Part shown: positions 10,528-19,830 of the stretch, piece by piece
How the letters are laid out: every line of letters starts with the position of its first letter
Position numbering within the stretch: the stretch's first letter is position 1
Assembly: GCA_963846085.1 (NCBI GenBank)
Contig: CAWJUN010000001.1
Location: 1,274,722 to 1,338,721 of the forward strand
Reading direction: 5' to 3'
DNA: 64,000 nucleotides
From: an uncultured Acidobacteriaceae bacterium
GTDB taxonomy: Bacteria; Acidobacteriota; Terriglobia; Terriglobales; Acidobacteriaceae
Notes under the pieces: generated by a model
Seen by the model: only the letters and a program-made list of their open reading frames with translations
Told to the model about the DNA's origin: nothing
Databases searched by the model: none
Position numbers and translations under genes: made by a program

Positions 10528-11444
10528 GCACACCTTTGAAGGAGCAAATTCGCGAGCGCGTGCAACGGATCGAAACCATGCCTGCTATTCCGGCAGTTTT
10601 TCTTCCGTTACTACAGCTGATGACAAGTTCGGTTGAGGATGTAAAGCTGGACGAGGTAGTGCGGCTGGTTTCCTATGACGGCTCTCTGGCCGCGCAATGC
10701 CTGCGTATGGCGGCGTCCCCGCTCTTTGGGATGGCGTTGCCGCCAAAATCGATTAAGGCGGCGGTGATCAGTCTGGGATTGCGGCGTGTGCAGACGATTC
10801 TTCTAACCTGTTGCCTGGGCCGAGTTTTTCCCACAACAAACTGGGCGATCGATCCCACAGTCTTCTGGAGACATTCGCTAGGCTGCGCCATGGTCTGCCG
10901 GAAGTTCAGCGAAAAACTGACGGGCGGCGACCACGAAAAGGCCTATACGGCCGGGTTGCTGCACGACATCGGTTTTGTCGTGAACTGCCTCGTGTTTCCG
11001 GAACAATTTGCAGGCGTTCTAGAGCACGCTTGCCGAGAGGAGATGCCACTGCACGAAGCGGAACGAAGGGTAATGGGATTCACGCATTGTGAAACCGGTC
11101 ATGCCCTGGCGGCAAAGTGGAATCTCGCGACGGATATACAGGAAGTTATTGCTCATCATCATGACCATGAGCTCGAGCACAGCCGGACTATGCAACCGCT
11201 CGTGGCCTTGGTTCATTTGAGCGACTTGTTGTGCCGGATGCGCGACCTGGGCCACGGCTCCTACGAGCGACAGAAAGTTGACTTAATTGCCGATCCAGCG
11301 TGGAACGTTCTGGCACAGAAAAATCGCGAACTGGAATCGATGGACTTGGTTCGGTTCACTTTCGAAATGGATGACGAGATCGAAGAAATCCATACCACCG
11401 TGGCGACGATCTTCGGGTCGGCACCTGCAGTAGCACAACGCTAA
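10524..11444 (+). CDS. HDOD domain-containing protein
   Basis: ATG at 10524 overlaps the cheR stop (ATGA). HDOD-like features: IETMPAIPAVFLPLLQLM, GLLHDIGFVV, HCETGHALAAKW, IAHHH. Confidence 0.85.
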   Translation: MSTPLKEQIRERVQRIETMPAIPAVFLPLLQLMTSSVEDVKLDEVVRLVSYDGSLAAQCLRMAASPLFGMALPPKSIKAAVISLGLRRVQTILLTCCLGRVFPTTNWAIDPTVFWRHSLGCAMVCRKFSEKLTGGDHEKAYTAGLLHDIGFVVNCLVFPEQFAGVLEHACREEMPLHEAERRVMGFTHCETGHALAAKWNLATDIQEVIAHHHDHELEHSRTMQPLVALVHLSDLLCRMRDLGHGSYERQKVDLIADPAWNVLAQKNRELESMDLVRFTFEMDDEIEEIHTTVATIFGSAPAVAQR

Positions 11445-11635
11445 CCTGACGCTGGACGAAGTGGCTAGAGCCGAGAAGAACTGAGCCGAATAGGTGCCGA
11501 CTCTGGCTGCGAAGCCGCGACTGATCATTCCAATCGGCTAGGCTGGGACGCTCGTACTAGACGTTCTGGGCCCGAGGCCCTCGGCGAGGATTCGTCGGAC
11601 AGGCCGTCGATGCCGCGCCAGTGCCGACTAAACTT

Positions 11636-12121
11636 TTAGGCTTGAATTTGAAGAGAGACAATCATGGGCAGACCCTCGAACAGCATTTCAACTTGAAGGC
11701 CAGGCTCCTCAGCCTGCGAGTGCAGGCTGTAGTCATTACCCGTAATGACGGTGGGCGGCGAAAGCATACAACCTTCGGCGAGACCGGAGATCTTATTCTT
11801 GAAATTGCCGGCGACCATGTTGCACACCTCTCCCAAGGCGTCCGCCATTTCCGGGCCAACCTTGTCGACGTCGACGCCTAACATCTTCGAGGTCATGAGC
11901 GCGGCTGCGCGGCCGCCGCAACGCACACTCAGCACGCCGCACAACTGTCCGGCTAAACCGACCATAGCAGTCACGTCCAAAGCAGTTATGTCAACGTCTT
12001 GGGATGAGGTCAATTCAGAACTCAGCATCAGGTCGAAAACTTCTCGGGTCGACACTTCGAGCAGAGGAACCCAGACTGCGTGGTCTGCAGTCGCAGCATG
12101 TACACCATGCGACGAATTCAT
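11636..12121 (-). CDS. cheX: CheX-like CheY-P phosphatase
   Basis: 161-aa ORF. Its start overlaps the cheY stop (ATGA at 12118-12121). Contains the CheC/CheX-type motif DALGEVCNMVAGNFKNK. Confidence 0.72.
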   Translation of the reverse strand: MNSSHGVHAATADHAVWVPLLEVSTREVFDLMLSSELTSSQDVDITALDVTAMVGLAGQLCGVLSVRCGGRAAALMTSKMLGVDVDKVGPEMADALGEVCNMVAGNFKNKISGLAEGCMLSPPTVITGNDYSLHSQAEEPGLQVEMLFEGLPMIVSLQIQA

Positions 12122-12501
12122 GATTTGCCCCCCAGAACGGGTATGACATGCTCCTTCACCTGGTCGGGAGTGAAGGGTTTGCGAATATATCCGCGGGCGC
12201 CCAAGGAGAGAGCCTGTACGACATGTGACTCGCTGCCCTCGGTCGTGATCATGACTACGGGGACGCCTTTCGCGTTTGCAACGCCCGGGAGTTGCTTGAT
12301 GAATTCCAGGCCATCCATGACAGGCATATTGATGTCGCAGAGGATAAGGTCAACTTGCTGATCCGCGAGCACCGAAAGCGCTTCTGCGCCGTTGCCCGCT
12401 TCGGATACTTTACTGAGGTCAAGACCAGCCTGGCGGAGCGAACGCTCCACGATTTTCCGCATGACTGAGGAGTCATCCACAATTAGTGCATGTATGCTCA
12501 T
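12118..12501 (-). CDS. cheY: Single-domain response regulator CheY
   Basis: ORF 12118-12531. ATG at 12501 gives MSIHALIVDDSSVMRK. Receiver motifs CDINMPVMDG and TTEG...KPF. Confidence 0.9.
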   Translation of the reverse strand: MSIHALIVDDSSVMRKIVERSLRQAGLDLSKVSEAGNGAEALSVLADQQVDLILCDINMPVMDGLEFIKQLPGVANAKGVPVVMITTEGSESHVVQALSLGARGYIRKPFTPDQVKEHVIPVLGGKS

Positions 12502-12647
12502 GAAGGGACTCGATTCGCGCGCCGGGACCACTGCTCTTTCTTATCCCGCTCGCTTCTTGGATCATCGACGAGGGGTGACGAAGACTTTAGGGCGCGAGAG
12601 TCGGTCGCGATTCTACCCACTTTTAGGACGAGAAAAGCCGACGATCC

Positions 12648-13307
12648 CTACCAGCGCAATCCCACGGTGATCGGCATGACGATGGTCTTACCGTCGCTTT
12701 GATAAGCACGATGATAGCGGTATTCGAGGTAAATCCTGGAGTCGTGGAGGTGGTTGAGACGATAGTTGAGTCCGCCGCCAAAGTTAAAACCGCCCGCGTC
12801 CTTGGTATTCGAGGACATGGTTTGGGGCAGAGGTGTACCGAAGATATCGCGTTGAACGTCCCACCATCGCCATGCGGGTTGGTAAATGGTGCCCGGCCCC
12901 AGAACACGGCTGGGTATAGAAACGGAGCGTCGGTAGAAACCAATCCCGAAGATTCCGTAGGCGCTCAATTTCCCAAAATGGCGGGGCACAGTGACAATTC
13001 CATCCACGCTGATGGACTGCATATTCCCACTCTGGTTGGTGAGGCTTTGAGACTGCTTCACGCTGGGCCGGAAGTTGAGATCGTAATACATGTATTCGGC
13101 ATCGACGCCGAACAAGCGATTGAAATTGAAACCAGCACCTGCCACTCCGGTAAAAGAGTTGCCAACATAGCTCGCGACATCGTCCTTGCCGATGCCAAGC
13201 CCGATGCCTGCGTTGTAGGTAAAACGATTGAAACTTGGTTTATCCTGGGCCGAAGCCACCGTAATGAGTCCGCAAAACGCAAGAAACAAAAGTATCCGAG
13301 TGCTCAA
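12648..13307 (-). CDS. Outer-membrane beta-barrel protein (OmpA-like TM / OmpW-like porin family)
   Basis: TTG start. Signal peptide MSTRILLFLAFCGLITVASAQD. Alternating-hydrophobicity Gly/aromatic-rich strands. C-terminal ...ITVGLRW with a terminal aromatic residue. Confidence 0.7.
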   Translation of the reverse strand: MSTRILLFLAFCGLITVASAQDKPSFNRFTYNAGIGLGIGKDDVASYVGNSFTGVAGAGFNFNRLFGVDAEYMYYDLNFRPSVKQSQSLTNQSGNMQSISVDGIVTVPRHFGKLSAYGIFGIGFYRRSVSIPSRVLGPGTIYQPAWRWWDVQRDIFGTPLPQTMSSNTKDAGGFNFGGGLNYRLNHLHDSRIYLEYRYHRAYQSDGKTIVMPITVGLRW

Positions 13308-13462
13308 TTCTCAATCTCCCAATTCGTGGGGCATTCATCGCAGCGAAGCGACGCTGTTTCAAGCATGACTCCGCTAAGGTTCCGTCCAAGTGTACCTAAT
13401 TTGCCGTTTTTACTTTAGATGCGCATGCCGACGGAACAAGCCGCTCCATTTTCAGCAGGACG

Positions 13463-14305
13463 CTAATTGTTGCCGCCGCTGGGTCGAGGGGCACGGCGTA
13501 TCTTGCCGTAAAACACCGGCCAGTACTCGCGGAGCATATTGCCTCCAGCCCGCGTAGCTAAATCCAAACCATAGCGAAAGAAAGTATCTCCGACTGTGCG
13601 ATTCTGTTCGGGCCAGTAAACGTTGGCCAAGCCCTCGGCCATGGCTGGGCCAACGAGCCCCGACCAATTTATGACGTCGCGTCCGTCATCGTTCCTGGTG
13701 ACGAAGACACGCTGCACCGAATACTTCACAGCATGCATGAATTTCGGGTTAACCTCGGCGTAGAAGCGAGGATCCTCGTGGAGGGCCGAGGCGAGCACGA
13801 AGGTTCCGAAGAACTCGCTCGATGCCTGTCGGCCCATCGAGGAACCGAATCGCTTGGCATACGCGTCCCATCCCTCACCAAAGCCGGTGGGCGAGTCGTC
13901 GGCCTGCCCCACGGCCGAGCCGAGCATCGCCCAGGTGACGGTATGCACCGAAATGCTGTTATCGACAAATATTTGAAATTTTTGTCCGGGCGAAAGGCGT
14001 TCCGTATTCAATGCGATGTCGGGAAAAACAATGGATTTTTCCTGCAGGAGATTGTACAAGGCCGCACCCGAAACTTTCTCCAGTTTGGTAGGGGGTGCGG
14101 TTTCGGGGGTCGGGACAGTGGTGGCAGCGGGCGGCGGAGCAGACGGCTCAGGCTTCGCAGTTTCTTGGGCAAGTGCCGTAGCCGTAAGAAGGGCAAGTGC
14201 TCCCCAACAAATCGAAGTACGGAGCGATGCGAGAATGGAAAATGTCTGGTCATGCACGGTGAGGTGCAGCGTTCCAGAGTTGTTGATTTCTTGACTTAAG
14301 GGCAT
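13463..14305 (-). CDS. Hypothetical exported protein
   Basis: 280-aa ORF with an ATG start and an internal signal/anchor segment ICWGALALLTATALAQE. Coding-like composition. I recognised no family. Confidence 0.6.
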   Translation of the reverse strand: MPLSQEINNSGTLHLTVHDQTFSILASLRTSICWGALALLTATALAQETAKPEPSAPPPAATTVPTPETAPPTKLEKVSGAALYNLLQEKSIVFPDIALNTERLSPGQKFQIFVDNSISVHTVTWAMLGSAVGQADDSPTGFGEGWDAYAKRFGSSMGRQASSEFFGTFVLASALHEDPRFYAEVNPKFMHAVKYSVQRVFVTRNDDGRDVINWSGLVGPAMAEGLANVYWPEQNRTVGDTFFRYGLDLATRAGGNMLREYWPVFYGKIRRAPRPSGGNN

Positions 14306-14437
14306 CGATAGAGATTACTCAATCGCAGGCTTGGCGGCAAACGATCAAAAACCAAACACACCCAAAATGCGCCGATTATGGAGGGGGTAATTCCGGCGTT
14401 TCACCACTCCAGCTTCGATGGTTTTCACCGAAAAGTC

Positions 14438-14875
14438 TTAGTTCCGAGCGACGGCACTGCTTACGCAATGCTGATCGAAAGCGGCTTTCAGGTCGGCTGC
14501 AATAGCCGCGGCATCGCGGGTTTCGATTTGATGACGATGCATCATGTAGATCACTTTTCCGTCGCGCAGAATGGCGATGGAGGGGGAGGATGGGGGGTAT
14601 CCGACGAAATGAGCGCGAGCCTGCGCAGTGGCTTCGAGATCCTGGCCGGCGAAGACAGTCGCGATCTTGTCGGGCTTGGTGACATTCTGTAGAGCCAGAC
14701 GGACAGCGGGGCGCATACGGCCAGCAGCGCATCCACAGATAGAATTGACGATCAACATCGTCGTGCCGGATTCCTTCTGGACAAAGCGGTCTACATCGGC
14801 CGCGCTGCGTAATTCTTCGATTCCCAAACGCGTCAATTCTTCGCGCATCGGGACCACCATAATTTCTGGGTACAT
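14438..14875 (-). CDS. Bacilliredoxin (BrxA/BrxB, YphP/YqiW family, DUF1094)
   Basis: 145 aa, collinear with B. subtilis YphP as I recall it: VVPMREELT...GTTMLIVNSICGCAAG..RPA...VFAGQD.EAT...F.G.PPSSPSIA...H.IE......I...L..AFD.HC. CGC active site present. Confidence 0.88.
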   Translation of the reverse strand: MYPEIMVVPMREELTRLGIEELRSAADVDRFVQKESGTTMLIVNSICGCAAGRMRPAVRLALQNVTKPDKIATVFAGQDLEATAQARAHFVGYPPSSPSIAILRDGKVIYMMHRHQIETRDAAAIAADLKAAFDQHCVSSAVARN

Positions 14876-14967
14876 GAACGCTCCTGAATCATTAGACTTG
14901 GTTACAGTTTGCTTCGGGGTGCCTAGAACATGAGATGCTCTGTTAACTATAGAGCCAAACTCGACTT

Positions 14968-16050
14968 ATGACGATGCAAGAAAATGTTCCGCTGGCGCCA
15001 CTCACTACGTTGGGAGTCGGAGGAATGGCGCGCTATTTCGCTGAGATTAAGAGAGAAGACGAGGTTCGCGAGGTCGCGGGATTCGCGAAGAGCCAGAATC
15101 TGCCTCTGTTTGTGCTGGGAGGTGGAAGCAACCTGGTGGTGGCCGATTCAGGCTGGCCCGGACTGGTGCTCAAAATCGCGATCGGCGGGATCGCGAGTTC
15201 GAAAACGACCGACGCCAAAGGCAACGCTGTACTTTTTAGCGTGGGTGCAGGCATCGACTGGGATGACTTTGTGGCGCAGGCGGTCGTGCAGAATTGTGCA
15301 GGAATCGAATGCCTGAGCGGCATTCCGGGGAGCGTGGGAGGCACACCAGTACAGAACGTAGGAGCCTATGGGCAAGAGGTATCAGACACGATCGAATCGG
15401 TGCGTGCGTTCGATTTGAAGCAAGATCGCATCGTTTTGCTGCCCAAACCGGCATGCGGATTTCGCTATCGATCCAGCATTTTTAACAGCTCAGAACGCGG
15501 ACGCTACATCATTGTTCGGGTGAACTTCAGGTTGAAACGGGGCGGCCCTGCGAGTTTGAAGTACGCCGACCTGCAAAAGTATTTTGCCCAATTCCATACC
15601 GCGGTTTCTGGCGAGGAGGCAGTCGCGCCGTCGCTGAGCCAAACCCGCGAGGCGGTGCGCGCGATCCGGCGAACCAAGGGAATGCTCATCGTTCCCGGAG
15701 ACGCTGACTCCCGCAGTGCGGGGTCGTTCTTCAAGAATCCCGTGCTGGGCGAGGAACAGTTCAACGATCTGGCGGCTCGAGCAGCAGCCAAAGCACTTGA
15801 GATCCCAAGCTACCCCGCTCTCGACGCGCAACGAAAGGTGTCTGCGGCTTGGCTGGTCGAAAACTCGGGCTTCGTGAAGGGCTATGCGAAGGGAGCCGCC
15901 GGTATTTCGGACAAACACGCGCTGGCGCTGCTCAATCTCGGTAGCGCTACGGCGAGCGATATCGTCCGACTGAAAGATGAGATCCAGAACCGCGTGCAAG
16001 GGACGTGGGGGGTCCGACTCGAGCCGGAACCCGTATTCGTTGGATTCTAG
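14968..16050 (+). CDS. murB: UDP-N-acetylenolpyruvoylglucosamine reductase MurB
   Basis: 360 aa. N-terminal VPLAPLTTLGVGGMARYF and FAD-binding LGGGSNLVV. C-terminal MurB domain (GSFFKNP, SAAWLVE.SGF.KG). Confidence 0.9.
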   Translation: MTMQENVPLAPLTTLGVGGMARYFAEIKREDEVREVAGFAKSQNLPLFVLGGGSNLVVADSGWPGLVLKIAIGGIASSKTTDAKGNAVLFSVGAGIDWDDFVAQAVVQNCAGIECLSGIPGSVGGTPVQNVGAYGQEVSDTIESVRAFDLKQDRIVLLPKPACGFRYRSSIFNSSERGRYIIVRVNFRLKRGGPASLKYADLQKYFAQFHTAVSGEEAVAPSLSQTREAVRAIRRTKGMLIVPGDADSRSAGSFFKNPVLGEEQFNDLAARAAAKALEIPSYPALDAQRKVSAAWLVENSGFVKGYAKGAAGISDKHALALLNLGSATASDIVRLKDEIQNRVQGTWGVRLEPEPVFVGF

Positions 16051-16097
16051 TTCGCTCGCAAATCGACGATTCGTCTATCCGCCACGAACCGATCGCC

Positions 16098-17642
16098 CTA
16101 GGGTCCGGCGAGCAAGAAGATCGGGTTTTGGGACGGATTCAGCAGACTTGGTGGAATCGGCGGGCGCGCTCCGATCGGCGCTGGTAAATCTTCGATATAA
16201 CTTTGGATGGTGGTATCGACGATGTTGACAGCGCCTCCGTCGCAACTCGACATATAAGTTCGACTGCTATCGCCGCCGGCAGCCATCATGAAACGAAAAC
16301 GCGCATTAACGCAGGCCGGAACGTAATAGGGGTTTTGCGCCCCTCCGGAAAGAGTCGGACTTGTTGCGTCGGGAAACCCCGGTATGGCAATTGAAGTTCC
16401 GACCGCGAAACTAACTGCGTCGATCGGGGTCACTTGAGGACAAATATTATCGGCCGCATCCACATAGTAAGACCCGACGTAAGCTTGACTGCCGTCTGGA
16501 AGAGTGGCGGCGGCGACTACCGTCAACGGTTGCGGACTCGTTACCGAGCAGGGGTCGGTGCTACCACGTAAACTTGGGAGCACCGTGGCGATGCAGTTCG
16601 TCTGCGAAGCTTGACAGGTTGTGATGGGCCCTTTAATAGCTCCTCCGGACAGGTACTGTGGCGGAGATTGGGAAACATCGACAATGCCAACCTGCGATCC
16701 GCCGGGAATATACAAACGGTTTTTATTCGGGTCGTAGACCATCAAGGTCGCGCCCGGAATGCTGATGGCCGGATTTGAGGTCTCCGTGAAAATGTCGGGC
16801 CCAGCAGTCGATGTTGTATTCAGCCATGCGAGCAGTCCGTCTTGTTCGAGCACATAGACCGCTTGGCTATCCGTGCGTGCCGAGAACCAGATCGGCGGCG
16901 AAGACGTACTCGTTGGCGAGCCTACGCGGGTGGAGGGATTCCCGTTGTTGGTGTCAAAACCGCCAATCGTGCTGTCTCCCTTGTTGGCAACGTAAAGCTT
17001 GCTCTTATCAGGAGTAACCGCTAAAGCAACTGGGTTGTTTCCTACCGGAAGAACAGGGCCTAAAACGTTACTCAGGACGTTGACGACTTGGACCGAGGGC
17101 TGGATGGCCGTGGGAACTGTGGGATCCGGTGGGTAAGTCGGCATCGCTACATACGCCAACGAGTCCGACGGCGCCGACGCGACGAAGTTCGCTCCCGCGT
17201 AGATGGGCAGCGAAACGGAACTGGTACTGCTAATACTTTCTCCGTTGAAACTCAACTTCCAAAGGGAAGGACACACGTCGTAGGTAGTGGTCGGCTGGGC
17301 AGGAGGAGGGGGATCCAGCACCAGACACGTCGTCGTCCCGATATTCAGGCCATTCACCGCCTGGTTTACAACCAAAACTTCGTTCGCAGTCTGCTGTACG
17401 GCATGCACCGGATGAATATCCACATCGTGGTTGCTGATGTCGGCATCTCCCGCGACATCGATGCTCATGGCGCTGCCCTGGGTGATGTCTCCATTGTCGT
17501 TAACCGTCAATACGCTGTGCGACGCAGCCGGGTTCGGGAAGGTAGGAGGATTCGGAATGATGATGGGGCGGAACGTTTCGCCGCAACCGGTACAGATGAG
17601 ATAAACGGACAGCACAAAGCCCAGCCAGAGAAACCGCTTCAT
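16098..17642 (-). CDS. Lipoprotein with YVTN/beta-propeller-type repeats
   Basis: Lipobox MKRFLWLGFVLSVYLICTGC. Repeated segments of the type KLYVANKGDSTIGGFD, AVYVLEQDG, RLYIPGGSQVGIVDV. Confidence 0.68.
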   Translation of the reverse strand: MKRFLWLGFVLSVYLICTGCGETFRPIIIPNPPTFPNPAASHSVLTVNDNGDITQGSAMSIDVAGDADISNHDVDIHPVHAVQQTANEVLVVNQAVNGLNIGTTTCLVLDPPPPAQPTTTYDVCPSLWKLSFNGESISSTSSVSLPIYAGANFVASAPSDSLAYVAMPTYPPDPTVPTAIQPSVQVVNVLSNVLGPVLPVGNNPVALAVTPDKSKLYVANKGDSTIGGFDTNNGNPSTRVGSPTSTSSPPIWFSARTDSQAVYVLEQDGLLAWLNTTSTAGPDIFTETSNPAISIPGATLMVYDPNKNRLYIPGGSQVGIVDVSQSPPQYLSGGAIKGPITTCQASQTNCIATVLPSLRGSTDPCSVTSPQPLTVVAAATLPDGSQAYVGSYYVDAADNICPQVTPIDAVSFAVGTSIAIPGFPDATSPTLSGGAQNPYYVPACVNARFRFMMAAGGDSSRTYMSSCDGGAVNIVDTTIQSYIEDLPAPIGARPPIPPSLLNPSQNPIFLLAGP

Positions 17643-17854
17643 TCAAACTCCATGGAAAAGTTAATCTTACGCGGAATCGACATTGTATCGGGAACCGGGC
17701 CTAGAGGGGAAATCGGACCATTGGCCCTTTGCTGGTATAGAAGCGGTTCGACGCGAGTTTGGTTGCCGGCCGAGAAACTTCTCTTGAGTCACCGAATGGC
17801 TCAGTTGGAGTTTGGTTCAGAGCTGAACGCGAGTGCTAAGTTAAGGATCGGGAA

Positions 17855-18694
17855 CTAACCTCGCCCCCGACGCGCTTTGGATTGCCCTTTACCGGGCATC
17901 TCGGTCACTTTCTCGGACGCCGCCGGCTTCTTGGTCTGAGCCAGACTTTCTTTGAGCGCGGCCATCAGATCGACCACCGGAGCCAGTTTCTTGGGTTGCT
18001 CGACCGCCTGTACTTCGCCACCTTCCAGCTTTGTCTCGATAAGCTTCTTGAGATTGTCCTGGAACGTGTCGTGATATTTTTCTGGGTTCCACCCGTCCGC
18101 CAACGCTTCGATCAACTGGTGCGCGACTTTCAGTTCGGCTTCTTTGATCTCGACATCTGGCGCGCCAAAGGATTCCACCTCGCGCACCTCTTCCGCGTAG
18201 TACATAGTGTGAAGCATCATTCCGCCTTTGTGGGGGCGTAAAAAGACGGTGTATTCGCGGTTGTGCATCGTGAGTTTGGCGATCGCAACATACTCGCTCT
18301 CCTCTAGCGCTTTAGTGAGCAGCGCATAGGGACGGCGCCCTGCCTCTTCCGGCATCATGTAATACGAGGACTCGAAATACACGGGGTCCACGTCGCTCGA
18401 TTTGACAAACTCCAGGATCTCCATGGTTTTGGCAGTTTTCGGTTCGATCTTCTTGATCTCTTCCGGCTCGATGATGATGTATTCGCCCTTGCGATATTCG
18501 AATCCCTTGACGATGTCGCTGCGCTCGAGCACCTGATTGTCGGCTGGGCAAATGAGTTGCTGCTTGACCCGATGATGGTCGGTGCGGTGCAATTGGTTAA
18601 AGGAAATGCCCGTGCTACGCGCGCCCGAAAACAAGCGAACGGGCATGGAGATTAATCCGAACGTCAGGTAACCCGACCAGACAGAAGCTGCCAT
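17855..18694 (-). CDS. ku: Non-homologous end-joining protein Ku
   Basis: ORF 17855-18778. ATG at 18694 gives MAASVWSGYLTFGLISMPVRLFS, matching the bacterial Ku N-terminus (M.RA.W.G.I.FGLV..PV). Collinear with M. tuberculosis Ku as I recall it, including LEFV...VDP.YF..SYY..P and D.W.PE.Y.DT. Basic C-terminal tail. Confidence 0.92.
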   Translation of the reverse strand: MAASVWSGYLTFGLISMPVRLFSGARSTGISFNQLHRTDHHRVKQQLICPADNQVLERSDIVKGFEYRKGEYIIIEPEEIKKIEPKTAKTMEILEFVKSSDVDPVYFESSYYMMPEEAGRRPYALLTKALEESEYVAIAKLTMHNREYTVFLRPHKGGMMLHTMYYAEEVREVESFGAPDVEIKEAELKVAHQLIEALADGWNPEKYHDTFQDNLKKLIETKLEGGEVQAVEQPKKLAPVVDLMAALKESLAQTKKPAASEKVTEMPGKGQSKARRGRG

Positions 18695-18739
18695 TGCTTC
18701 ACCCCAAATCCTGACGAGGATCGCCTCGCCTCTCAAAAT

Positions 18740-18760
18740 GCGGCGAGTACAACTCGCCGC
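18740..18760 (-). other. GC-rich hairpin in the ku 5' leader (8-bp stem, 5-nt loop), followed on the minus strand by ATTTTG
   Basis: GCGGCGAG (18740-18747), TACAA, CTCGCCGC (18753-18760): a perfect inverted repeat. It lies 46-66 nt upstream of the ku ATG at 18694. Confidence 0.45.
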
Positions 18761-19064
18761 GCTCGTAGAATCCGTCACTAAGCGGGGTTAAGATGCCTAA
18801 ACCCTGCCGAGCGTACAGAAGTGTAACTTAAACGAGGTTGTGAGACGCGGCCAGAGTGTGGGATGAATCCAAAGGCCAAGCACTACAGGGCGTGGTCTTA
18901 TGCTGTGAGGCACCGAATATAGTGTTATCCAATGCGGATCGAGTGAGACATCGTGACGCAATCACGGATCAGATTCCCGCTACCGGATTGTTGTTGACCC
19001 ACGTTATTGCTTGTTTTGCACGAGATTCTACTAAAGACTTGACCCTCGGGATCTGGCATCGAGT

Positions 19065-19805
19065 ATGAATCTTTGGCCTGCACATTTCTGGGCGTCGTCG
19101 CCGGCGCGACTCGTCATCGCGGTGGCAGTAACCATAAGTTTCTCGGCTCTCGCTCGCGTGTTGCGCGGGGTCAATTCGTGGGGAGCGCTCGCTGGCGGAA
19201 TTGCCTGTTTCTTGCTTTTTGTGGGAGCGGGTCCAACTGCCTTCGCTTTATTGGCGACGCTTTTTGCTGTAACTTGGCTCGCCACACGGATGGGATATTC
19301 CCGAAAAATGGCCCTCGGGCTTGCCGAGCGTCGCGAAGGTCGTAGCGCGCGGCAAGTGGTCGCCAATCTGGCTGCGGCTGCGCTTGGCTCGATTTTCTAT
19401 GGAATCACTGGAAATCGCGCATGGCTCGCTGTGATTGTAGCCGCCCTCGCAGAGGCAGCGATCGATACGGTTGCGAGTGAGATTGGCCAAGTCGGAAGAA
19501 CAGACGCGCGGCTGATCACGACCTGGCAGAGAGTTCCGGCAGGCACGGACGGTGGAATTACAGCTCCCGGTTGTATTGCCGGTGCGGCGGCTGGAATGTT
19601 GCTGGCTGTGCTTGCCGCGGCGAGCGGGCTGTTTCCAGCTTCACAAATCTGGATTGCTGCGAGCGCGGGGTTCCTCGGAATGCTCTTCGACAGTTTTCTG
19701 GGAGCAACTGTGCAACGGCGCGGTTGGATCAGTAACCAGGGGGTCAATCTCGTCGGCACAGTGGCCGCCGCTACTGCGGCATTCGCACTCGCGCTGTTTG
19801 TGTGA
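19065..19805 (+). CDS. DUF92 (TMEM19-like) integral membrane protein
   Basis: 246 aa with 6-7 hydrophobic helices. Gly/Ala-rich segments resemble DUF92 (ANLAAAALGS, TVASEIGQ, GGITAPG.IAGAAAG, SFLGATVQ). Confidence 0.65.
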   Translation: MNLWPAHFWASSPARLVIAVAVTISFSALARVLRGVNSWGALAGGIACFLLFVGAGPTAFALLATLFAVTWLATRMGYSRKMALGLAERREGRSARQVVANLAAAALGSIFYGITGNRAWLAVIVAALAEAAIDTVASEIGQVGRTDARLITTWQRVPAGTDGGITAPGCIAGAAAGMLLAVLAAASGLFPASQIWIAASAGFLGMLFDSFLGATVQRRGWISNQGVNLVGTVAAATAAFALALFV

Positions 19806-19830
19806 ACTTACGACGGTGTCGATTCCGGGA

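Noticed and set aside
17788-17798. GGCTCAGTTGG, resembling a tRNA D-arm, in the 212-nt gap downstream of ku
   Set aside because: I could not build an acceptor stem, anticodon arm or T-arm (GTTCGAATC-type) around it. The would-be D-loop is far too long.
17815-17828. 14-nt perfect palindrome GTTCAGAGCTGAAC downstream of ku
   Set aside because: The stem is short with effectively a 2-4 nt loop and there is no U-tract on the ku strand. That is insufficient to call a terminator or operator.
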